Part shown: piece after piece, positions 36,101 through 46,560 of the stretch
Position numbering within the stretch: the first letter of the stretch is position 1
How the letters are laid out: every line of letters starts with the position of its first letter
Made by a program: the position numbers and the translations under genes
DNA from: Squalus acanthias
Lineage: Eukaryota
Assembly: GCA_030390025.1 (NCBI GenBank)
Contig: CM059431.1
Location: 137,270,001 to 137,334,000, forward strand
Length of the DNA stretch: 64,000 bases
Direction: 5' to 3'
The notes under the pieces: model-generated
Told to the model about the DNA's origin: nothing
The model's database searches: none
Seen by the model: the letters and a program-made list of their open reading frames with translations, nothing else

Positions 36101-36530
36101 GGACTTTGCAGGGTTGACTGGGCTGGGTGTACCGTTGCCATGTCCGTAGCCAGTGCCGAGGTCGATTCCGGGTGGTCTGTCAGGTTTCATTCTTATTATG
36201 TTATGTAGCAGTTAGTTACAACTGAGTGACTTGCTAGGCCATTTCAGAGTGAAGAGACCAATCACATTGCTGTGTGTCTGGAGTCACATATAGGCCAGAC
36301 CAGGTGAGGACGGCAGATTTCCTTCCCTAAAGTACATTAGTGAAGCAGATGTTTTATTCCGAGAATCTGATAGCTTTATGGTTACCATTACTGATAATAA
36401 CTTTTTTTTCCAGATTTATTTAATTAACTGAACTTAAATTCCCCACATTTCGTTTTGGGATTTGAACTCACGTTTCGGGATCATTATTCCAGGCCTTTGG
36501 ATTACTAGCACAGTGACACTACTACTAAGA
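30195..36530 (-). mobile_element. LINE of a second CR1/Jockey-group family: tRNA-like 5' head, endonuclease and tether, 3' part missing; interrupted by the Gypsy element
   Basis: ORF 35648..36190 (PDIVILTESYL, HRQDRPTSGGGTVVY), 30626..30937 (WHYHHTKWDRFRTDL, PWFNKEC) and 30305..30511. Another fragment lies at about 62610-62945. Confidence 0.8.
31061..35573 (+). mobile_element. Full-length decayed Ty3/Gypsy LTR retrotransposon (gag-PR-RT-RNaseH-IN)
   Basis: TG..CA LTRs at 31061-31287 and 35348-35573; TSD GAGGT (31056-31060, 35574-35578); polypurine tract just before 35348. Gag with CNHCSKKGHLSKVC knuckle, PR ALIDS, RT LPFG..YLDN, RNaseH ECDAS, IN HHCC and SIDFKG. Several stops and frameshifts. 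Confidence 0.97.
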
Positions 36531-37039
36531 ATCCTAACTGCGAGACCACCAAGGAAAACTAAACTAAAATATTGTGCTAACTTTAAATATAAGTTTATCT
36601 ATCCATTCTGGATGCAAATCCATGTTGACTTGTTTTACTTGTAAATGCATTTCATGACACTGCTTGTTACGAATGCTTTCCCTGTACCTGTAATATTTAT
36701 TCCTTTATTGGGTAGCATCTGTCTTCATTCAAATGTATTTTGTATATATTTGTTTCTCAATACGGTACTTTTAAACTACACACAAATATATTTATACATA
36801 ACACAGACACACACGCACACAAAAAAAATAATAAATAACACAAAGATACACAAAAATATATTTATAACTAGTACACAGATACACCCAAGTACAATTATAA
36901 ATATCACAGATGTAATTATATATATTTATAATTTTATAACACGATTTATCATGTTATATAAATAAATTTTAAACTGGTCCACATATAATGCATCGCACTC
37001 ATCACATAAACACTAACTTTCTATGTAAATATCACACAC

Positions 37040-37510
37040 AGACAGGAGGCTTGTTAAGATGATGGAAGCCCATGGAATTAAGGGAAAAGTGATGGTATAG
37101 ATACGGAATTGGCTCAGTGACAGGAAGTAAAGGGTGGTGATGGATGGGTGTATATCAGACGAGGAGATGGTTTGCAGTGGTGTTCCCCAAGGATCAGTTT
37201 TGGGTCCATTACTCTTTGCAACTTTTATAAACGAACTTGACTCGAGCAACATTAAAAAGTTTGCAGATGTTACGAAACTTCGCACCTTAATAGATAATGA
37301 TGAGGATAGTTGTCGACTTCAGGATGACACAGACAGGATGGTGAAATGGGAAGAAGCATGGCAGATGGAGGTCAATGCGGAGAAGCGTGAAGTGATGCAG
37401 TTTGGGAGGACTAATAGAGAAATACAGCACGGCTGCTCTTTCCAAGCCAGGACAGGCACGACGGGCCGAATGTCCTCCTTCTGTGCTGTGAGTTTCTATG
37501 ATTCTATATA
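37040..37510 (+). mobile_element. CR1 RT fragment plus tail
   Basis: ORF 37134..37550 with GVPQGSVLGPLLF. Confidence 0.85.
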
Positions 37511-37654
37511 TACACCCACAGTTTATATTTTCACATGGCCTTGTTTGTAGGTCTAACTACTGTCTCCACGCCGAAAGTTTAATTGTTTTCATAAGCTGTT
37601 CGACCGGTTGTGTATTTTGAGCAATTTCCTGGTTGTATTTCGATGTGCTGTGGT

Positions 37655-37726
37655 GACCTCGTGGCGCAACGGTAGCGTGTCTGAATCCAGATCAGAATGC
37701 TGCGTGTTCAAATCACGACAGGGTCA
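37655..37726 (+). tRNA. tRNA-Trp(CCA), degenerate (probable pseudogene)
   Basis: GACCTCGTGGCGCAACGGTAGCG..CCAGATCAGAA..GTTCAAATCAC..GGGTCA matches vertebrate tRNA-Trp. Mismatches in the acceptor and T stems and at position 32; followed by a T-run. Confidence 0.85.
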
Positions 37727-38101
37727 GAATTATTTTTCGCGTTGATTGGAGTCTGGAAAATTCCATAACAATATTTTCTTTGCTTTTTCACAATAAACAG
37801 AACCATGCTGTAAAGTCTGTCTCACTAGTTCCCCAGTGTCAGGGAGAGAAGCGCCAGATGCCCTCATTTATTTGCTGTAACAAACTCACACCTCCGTTTT
37901 CACATCTGAGGCCGCTGTTAAAGAGCGTGTCCTTTGTGGGAGGGAGACTGTTCCTGAAGTGAAGCCGGTGGGGGCAGTCAGCCTGCGTTTGTGAGAGAAA
38001 TGCGCTGTACAGGCGCGATTATTGGAGAAGCAAATGCAATTTGTTGAGTGTTTAATGCAGCAGGTGAGCCAATGAAAGTCGTATGGTCCACGGCAAGCAG
38101 A

Positions 38102-38174
38102 GCCCGGATAGCTCAGTCGGCAGAGCGTCAGACTTTTAATCTGAGGGTCCAGAGTGCAAGTAACTGTTCGGGCA
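38102..38174 (+). tRNA. tRNA-Lys(TTT), degenerate (probable pseudogene)
   Basis: GCCCGGATAGCTCAGTCGG..TCAGACTTTTAATCTGAGGGTCCAG..CTGTTCGGGC. B box mutated (GTGCAAGT) and T stem disrupted; TTTT follows. Confidence 0.85.
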
Positions 38175-38237
38175 TTGCTTTTAAATCGCGATTCTCATCT
38201 CCACTTGCGTACAGCACCTTGAAGCACGATCATTTCA

Positions 38238-38860
38238 CACTCATCACAGGAACAGGAGTGAGCCATTTACCCACTAGAGCCTGTTCCGCATTTAATGAGA
38301 TCATGTGTGATCTGTGACCCAACTCCGTTTATATCCCTTTTCCCTATATGGTTTAGGTTAACAAAAATCTATCACTCTCAGGTTTAAAATTAACAATTGA
38401 CTCAGCATTAACTGCTGTTTGCGGAAGTGAGTTATAAATTTCTACCACTCATTTCATGTAGAAGTGTTTCCTAACTTCACTCCTGAAATGTCTGGCTCTA
38501 TTTTTTAGACTCTGTCCCCTCGTCCGAGACTCGCCAAACATCAGAAATAGTTTCTCTCTAGCTACCCTGTCAGTTCCCTTTAATATCTTGAATACTTCAA
38601 TCAAATCAACACTTAAGCTTTTAAATTCCAGGGAATACATCCCTAGTTTGCATAGTCTCTCCTCATCATTTAACCCTTGGAGTCTATGTATCATTCCGGT
38701 AAATCTACGCTGCACTCCCTTCAAGGCTAATACATCCTTCCTACGGTGTGGTGACCAGAACTAAAGACATTTAACTAGGGCTTTATATAGCTGTAGCATA
38801 TCTTCTCCCCCTTATATTGTAGTCCACTAGATATAAATACCAGCATTCCATTAGGCTATT
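38238..38860 (-). mobile_element. CR1 3' fragment
   Basis: ORF 38449..38724 is an ORF2 C-terminus; tail near 38240. Confidence 0.85.
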
Positions 38861-38899
38861 ATGTTAAATTCTTTGGGAGGACTAAAATGGAGGACTAAA

Positions 38900-41800
38900 A
38901 CGGTGTCACGTGCTAGTCAGAGTAGAAATAGAAGGATATTTCAGATGAATACGTTGCAAGAGGAATGGTGCAAGGGGGAGGGATTCAAATTCCTGGGACA
39001 TTGGAACCGATTCTGGGGGAGGTGGGACCAGTACAAACTGGACGGTTTGCACCTGGGCAGGACTGGGACCGATGTCCTAGTGGGAGTGTTTGCTAGTGCT
39101 ATTGGGGAGGGTTTAAATTAAAATGGCAGGGGGTTTGGAACCAGTGCAGCGAAACAGAGGAAAGGGAAGCAAGGGCAGAAGCAAAAGACAGGAAGGAGAA
39201 AAGCAAAAGTGGAAGGCAGAGAAATCAAGGGTTTAAATCAAACAGGGCTACAGTAAATAATAATTCTAAAAGGACTAAGTGTTAAAAAAAAACAAGCCTG
39301 AAGGCTTTGTGTCTTAATGCGAGGAGCATTCGTAATAATGTGGATGAATTAGCTGCGCAAATAGATGTAAACGGATATGATATAATTGAGATTATGGAGA
39401 CATGGCTCCAGGTTGACCAAGGATGGAAATTCAACATCCAGGGGTATTCCATATTCAGGAAGGACAGACGAAAAGGAGGTGGGTAGCATTGCTGGTTAAA
39501 GAGGAGATTAACACAATAGTAAGGAAGGATATGAGCTCTGATGATGTTGAATCTGTATGGGTAGAGCTGAGAAATACCAAGACGCAGAAAACGTTAGTGG
39601 GAGTTGTATACAGACCCCCAAACAGTAATGCTGAGGTAGGGGATGGGATGAAACGGGAAATTAGAGAAGCATGCAATAAGGGCGCAGCAGTTATCATGGG
39701 TGACTTTAATCTACATATAGATTGGGCTAACCAAATTAGTAACAATACTGTGGAGGAGGAATTCCTAGAGTGTATACGGGATGGTTTCCTGTCCCAATAT
39801 GTCGAGGAACCAACTAAAGATCAGGCCAACATAGACTGGGTATTATGTAATGAGAAAGGATTAATTAGCACTCTTGTTGTGCGAGGCCCCTTGGGGAGGA
39901 GCGATCATAATATGATAGAATTCTTCATTAACATATAGAGTGAAGTAGTTGACTCAGAGACTAGGGTCCTGAATTTAAATAAAGGAAACTACGATGGTAT
40001 GAGGCGCGAGTTGGCTAGGGTGGATTGGGGAGCGTTACTTAATGGGTTGACGGTGGATAGGCAATGGCAAACATAGAAACATAGAAACATAGAATCTAGG
40101 AGCAGGAGTAGGCCATTCGGCCCGTCGAGCCTGCTCCGCCATTCAATACGATCATGGCTGATCATCCAAATCCAGTACCCTGTCCCTGCTTTAATCCCCA
40201 CAGTACACATATCCCACCCTACCCCCGTAACCCCACGTATTTAATTCCCCCTAACATATCCCATCCTATCCCCATAACCCCACATATTTAATCCCCCCGA
40301 ACACTAAGGGTCAATTTATCATAGCCAAATCAACCTAACCCACACATTTTTGGACTGTGGGAGGAAACCGGAGCACCCGGAGGAAACCCACGCAGACACG
40401 GGGAGAATGTGCAAACTCCACACAGACAGTCACCCGAGGTCAGATTCGAACCCGGGTCTCTGGCGCTGTGAGGCACCAGTGCTAACCACTATGCCACCGT
40501 GTTGCCCATTTAAACATTTAAAGATCGCATGGATGAACTACAGAATTTGTTCATCCCAGTTTGGCATAAAAATAAAACAAAAAAGGTGACTCAACCGTGG
40601 CTAACAAGGGAAATTAGGGATAGCATAAGATTCAAGGAGAGGTCATATAAATTGGCCAAAAAAAGCAGCATACCGGAGGATTGGGAGCTGTTTAGAATTC
40701 AGCAGAGGAGGACAAAGGGATTAATTAAATGGCGGGAAATAGAATATGAGAGTAAGCTTGCGGGGAACATAAAAACTGACTGTAAAATCTTCTATAGATA
40801 TGTGAAGAGAAAACGGTTGGTGAAGTCAAGCGCAATCAGAATCAGGGGAATTTATAATGTGGAACAAAGAAATGGCTGACTTATTAAATACATACTTTGG
40901 TTCTGTCTTCACAAAGGAGGATACAAATAAACTCCCAGAGATGTCGGGGAACATAGGGTCTAATGAGAGGGAGTAATTGAATGAAATCACTATTTGTAGG
41001 GAAATGGTGTTACAGAAATTGACGGGATTGAAGGCCGATAAATCCCCAGGGCCTAATAATCTACATCCTAGGGTACTTAAGGAAGTGGCCCTAGAAATAG
41101 TAGATGCATTGCTGGTCATCTTTCAAAATTCTATAGACTCTGGAACAGTTCCCATGGATTGGAGGGTAGCTAATGTAACCCCACTATATAAAAAGGGTGG
41201 TCGAGAAAACGGGGAATTATAGACTGGTAAACCAGACATCGGTAGTAGGCAAAATGCTAGAGTCCATTATAAAAGATGTAATAGCAGAGCACTTGGAAAA
41301 CAGTGACAGGTTCGGTCAAAGTCAACATGGAATTACAAAAGGGAAATCATGCCTGACTAATCTACTGGAATTTTTTGAGGATGTAACTGGTAGAATAGAT
41401 AAGGGAAAAACAGTGGATGTGGTGTATTTGGACTTTGAGAAGGCTTTCGATAAGGTCCCGCATAAGAGATTAGCGTGCAATGTTAAAGCACATGGGATTG
41501 GGGCTGAGGTACTGATTTGGATAGAGAACTGGTTGTCAGACAGGAAGCAAAGAGTTGGAATAAACGGGTATTTTTCCGAGTGGCAGGCAGTGACTAGTGG
41601 TGTACCATAGGGATCGGTGCTAGGACCCCAGCTATTCACAATATTTATTAATGATCTAGACGAGGGAACTAGATGTAATATCTCTAAGTTTGCAGACGAC
41701 ACAAAGCTGGGTGGGCGTGGGTGCTGTGAGGAGGATGCAGAGAAACTCCAGTATGATTTGGACAGGTTGGGTGATTGGGCAGATGCATGGCAGATGCAGT

Positions 41801-42602
41801 ATAACGTGGATAAATGCGAGGTTATCCACTTTGGTGGCAAAAACAGGAAAACAGATTACTATCTGAACGGCAATAGATTGGGAAAAGCAGAAGTGCATCG
41901 AGATCTGGGTGTCCTTGTGCACCAGTTGCTGAAGGTAAGCATGCAGGTGCAGCAGGCGGTGAAGAAGGCAAATGGTATGTTGGCCTTCATAGCGAGAGGA
42001 TTCGAGTACAGGAGCAAGGATGTCTTGCTGCAGTTGTACAAGGCCTTGGTGAGACCACACCTTGAGTATTGTGTGCAGTTTTGGTCGCCTTATCTGAGGA
42101 ACGATGTTCTCGCCATGGAGGGATTGCAGCGAAGATTTACCAGACTGATACCTGGGATGGCAGGAATGACGTATTTAGAGAGATTGGGTCGATTAGGCTT
42201 ATAGTCGATAGAGTTTCGAAGAATGAGAGGGGATCTCATTGAAACTTATAAAATTAGAACAGGAGTAGACAGACTAGATGCTGGAAGGATGTTCCCGTTG
42301 GCGGGGTAGTCCAGAACCAGGGGTCACAGTCTAAGGATAAGGGGTAAGCCATTTAGTACTGAGATGAGGAGGAATTTCTTCACCCAGAGAGTGGTGAACC
42401 TGTGGAATTCTCTACCACAGAAGGCAGTTGAGGCCAATTCATTAAATATATTCAAGAAGGAATTAGATATATTTCTTAATGCTAAAGGGATAAAGGGATA
42501 TGAGGAGAAAGCAGGGACAGGGTACTGAATTTGGATGATCAGCCATGATCTCATTAAATGGCCTACTCCTGCTCCTATCTTCTATGCTTCTATGCTTCTA
42601 TG
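38900..42602 (+). mobile_element. CR1 LINE related to element B: end of ORF1 and complete but disrupted ORF2
   Basis: ORF1 end (DGLHLGRTG), endonuclease 39423..39938, RT 40977..42204, (CTATGCTT)n tail. Confidence 0.95.
40075..40507 (-). mobile_element. Full-length V-SINE (HE1-like) with CR1-B-type tail
   Basis: tRNA head with A box TGGCATAGTGG and B box GGTTCGAATC; V domain GTGGAGTTTGCACATTCTCCCCGTG..GGTTTCCTCCCACAGTCC; (TTTCTATG)n tail; AAACAT duplicated at 40069-40074 and 40512-40517. Confidence 0.9.
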
Positions 42603-43079
42603 AAAGACAGTATACTACACATGGCACAATTTTGAAAATTGTAAATGATTAGAGAAACCTTGATGTTCATATACACAAATCCTTAAATGTGGCAGGATAA
42701 GTTGACAAGTTTGTTAAAAACCAAATGATTCACTTGTGTTTATAAATAGAGGGATAGAATAAAACAGCAAAGTGATAATGCTAGAACTTTATAAAACACA
42801 TGTAAAGCATCAGCTGGAGCATTGTTGACAATTCCAACAGCACACTTCAGGAAAGATGTAAAGGTCTTGACAAGGGAACAGAGGAGTTTTAACAGGATGT
42901 TACCAGGGATGAGGGACATCAGTTATGATGAGCAGTTGTTAAAGTCAGGACTGTTCTCCTTGGAACAGGGAAGGTAAGAGGTGACCTAATAGAGGTTTTC
43001 AAGATTGTGTGCGGTTTGATAGAGTAGATACAGAAATATTATTCCCTCTGGCGAGTGGGTCAATAACTAGATATATTGG

Positions 43080-45660
43080 CGAGTTTTATATACCAGAGAA
43101 TTCCCAGTCAAATTAACGCATCAAAGGCCAGGTTTGATGCCAGATGCTAAACTTCTCCCAATAGCTTGTTAGACTCTCACCTCAGCAAAATCATCGGCTG
43201 AAGAGATTCTCAGTAAACATCCTCACATTTCCAATCATTGTTGAAGCTTCCCGTTTCTGGTCTTCGACACTGGGGGTCTTGAACCCAACCTAACGACCTT
43301 TCTCCAGTCCCAGTTACTGTAGTGATGATTCGAATTCTCTCTCTCCACCTTCCTAGGATGCTGATCAATCAAAGAAACTTTTAACATAATTATGATTCAT
43401 CTTGATTATAGAATCCGTTAAAGAAAAACAATGGGACTGTGTTTGTGATTATTAATATATTTAATTTGTTAATATTACAACTTGTTTGTATTACTTACTT
43501 TAATGTTAAATCGTACTTTTGTTTTCCCCTATTTCTAGGCAATACAATCACACAATATCTGCTGCCAAATCCAGCTCCGTCCACAGTGACATCCCACTGA
43601 TGGTGTGCAACTAGGGGCAGGAACCTGTCTCTAGGTGACATCACAAAGGAGACAGTAGCCTATCACACTGCGTCCAAGAATAATGTCACAAAGCAGCCGG
43701 AGCCCCTTCCATTCGATATGATCCAGGATCACATGACCAGGCTCTGCTCCTAGTGTGAATTTCTTTTTAACAAGAAGAAGCAACAGAGACAATAATTGGA
43801 GGGATCATCAGTGCTATCAAGCGGTTGAATCGTCGGGTTAGGAACAGCACGGGTAAGAGATAGGGTAAAGTTCTCTCAACACTGTGGTATGGCATGGGTG
43901 AGATACAGAGTAAAACTCCCTTTACACTGTTCCATCAAACACTCCCAGGGCAGGTACAGCACGGGTTATATATAGTGTAAAGCTCCCGCTACAATGTCCA
44001 ATCAAACACTCCCAGTGTAAGTACAGCACGGGTTAAATACAGAGTATAGCTTCCTTTCTACTGTACCATCTAATATTCCCAGGGCAGGTACTGTAGGGGT
44101 TAAATACAGTGTAAATCTCGCTGTATTTTGGTTCATCAAGCACAGTCAACTCAGATACAGCATCTGCTCAATACAGCGTAACCTCCTCTGACACTATCCA
44201 ATGAAGCAAACCAACGAAGGCACAGCACGGTACGGTTACAGGTTAGAATTCAGTGTACATGTAATTCTTAAGCGATCCCAGGTGAGATGTGGACACGTTT
44301 CACACACGAGTGAATCCCCAGTCAAATTTGCTGCATCAAAGGCCGAGCCTTACGGCAAATGTTGAATAGCTGCCGATACCGGGTTCGACTCTCATCTCGG
44401 CAAACTGCTGGACTGATTGGATTCTCAGGAAAGTTCCCCACCCTTCGAATCATTGCTGAAGTTTCCTGTTTTATCCGGTGTTTCAAGCTGGGCATCATGA
44501 TATCTCCAATTATGTTCTGTGAACCCAATGACGTTTGTCCGGTCCCAGGTAATGTTGTGATGATTCGACTTCACTCTCTCTCCACCTTCCTTAGATTCTG
44601 CTGACTCCAAGAAACTATCAATATAAATATGATTAATATTAATTCCATAAACTGTGATCGGAATACAATGAGAGTAATTTTCCGACTATGAATATATTTA
44701 ATTTGAATATATTTACAATTAATGACATTTGGTTGAATTATTTATTTAATATTGAATTGTTCTTTTCTTTCCTTGTCCCTAGTTATAGAGGCAATACTTA
44801 CTCACAATATCCGCTGCCAACTCCAGCTCCGCCAAGAGTGACTCACCACTGATGGTGCGTAACCAGGGGCGGAAACCTGTCTCCAGGTGACGTCACAATG
44901 GGGCCAAGAGCCAATCATACAGAAGCCAGGAACAATGTCACAAAGCAGCCGGAGCTGCGTCCAGTCGAGGTGTCACAGGGTCACATGACAATACTATTCT
45001 CCTGATGTGCAGTCTCACTGGGAATAAACTCAAGTTGTACATTCGGTCCTGTCTCCGACCCTATTCCAAAGTACTCCGACACCGTTCCCAAGGAGCACAG
45101 CTTCGCAAAATTTCCCCTTAAGCATTCCCTCCCATCCTCCAAATATGAAGACCCACTATTCAATATTCACGTTTTCATTTATACACCCCAAATGCTCCCT
45201 CGCATAATATCAGGCAGTATGTCTTGCTCTTGCCTCGGAAGTGAGAGGCAGTTTCAGGTAATGGTGCTTGGATGAAGATATAACAAGCTGCTCTGCGTTC
45301 TAAAACCAGTCTATTCCCTGTATCAGGAGGGGCGTCAGAGGCAATGTGGAGGGGTCATCAGGGCTCGAAATGGGTTGGTCCATTGGAGCAATAATAGAGG
45401 TGAAATCATGGGCAATAATAGATAAAGCTCCGTCTGAACTGTCCCATCAAACACTCGCAGTTAAGTTACGGCACGAGATAAATGCAGATTAAATCTACCT
45501 CCAAACCGTCCCATCAAACACTCCCAGGTCAGGTGCAGCATGGGTTACATACAGTATAAAGCATGCTTATACTGCCCATAAAACACTCCCACGTCAGGTC
45601 CAGCAGGGGTAGATACAGAGTAAAGCTCTCTCTACACTGTTCCATCCACCATTCTCAGCG
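43080..45660. repeat. Diverged tandem duplication of an about 1.2-kb unit (43080-43750 ~ 44310-44995), each followed by 67-bp satellite
   Basis: Shared blocks such as cccagtcaaatt..gcatcaaaggcc, tgatgattcga..ctctccaccttcct, cacaatatc.gctgccaa.tccagctccg and aatgtcacaaagcagccggagc. Confidence 0.8.
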
Positions 45661-46560
45661 CATCATTGTCAGCAGTGTAGATGGAAGCATAAAGATACAA
45701 AGAGATATTAATAGATTAAGGGAATGGGTAAACGGTGGCAAATGGCATTCAATGTAGGCAAATATGGGGTCATCATCTTTGAACCTAAAATGAATACAAC
45801 AGAATAAATTCTCAAAATTTAAAATCTAAAAACAGTGGAGGTCCAAAGACACTTGGTGGTCCATGTACAAAGATCATTAACATGACATGGATAGTAACAA
45901 CAAATAATCAAAAAGTCTAATTGAATGCTGACCTTTATATCCAGAGAGTAGAGTACAAGAGGTAGAAGTTATGCTACAGGTATTCAAAGCCCTGGTTAGA
46001 CCACACCTGGAGTACTGTGAGCAGTTCTGGGCACCACACCTAGGAAGGATATATTGGCCTTGGAGGGAGTGCAGCCTAGATTTACCGAAATCATACCTGG
46101 ACTCCAAGGGTTACATTAAGAGGAGAGGTTACACAGACTCTGGTTGTAGTCTCAGTTATTTAGAAGACTAAGGGGTCATTTGATTGATGTTTTAAAGATT
46201 TTCAGAGGAACTGAAGGGGTAGATAGAGACACGATTTCCGCTGGATGGGGAGTCTAATACTTTATGGGCATCGTCTAAAAATTAGAGCCATGCCTTTCAG
46301 GAGCAAAGTTAGAAAAACCCCTCGACGGAAAGATCGTTAGAAGTTTGGAATTCTCTTCCGCAAATGGCAATTGATGCTGGGTCAATTATTAATCTTAACT
46401 ATAAGATTGATTGGTTTCTGTTAACCTAAGTTATTAATGGGTATGTGCCAAAGGTGGGTATATGGATTTAGGTCACAGAGTAGCCAGGATCTCATTGAAT
46501 GGTAGAACAGGCTGGAGGGGCTAAATAGCCTACTCTTGTTCCTCTGTTCCTAAGTTCCTA
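45660..46560 (+). mobile_element. CR1 3' fragment, degraded
   Basis: KALVRPHLEYCEQFWAP (45971..46171) and a CR1 tail. Confidence 0.85.

Noticed and set aside
36645..36965. Small hydrophobic membrane protein ORF
   Set aside because: AT-rich low-complexity DNA with no recognisable homology or gene structure.
14973..42554. Numerous ORFs antisense to LINE, Gypsy and PLE coding regions
   Set aside because: Shadow frames of transposon ORFs with no independent motifs.
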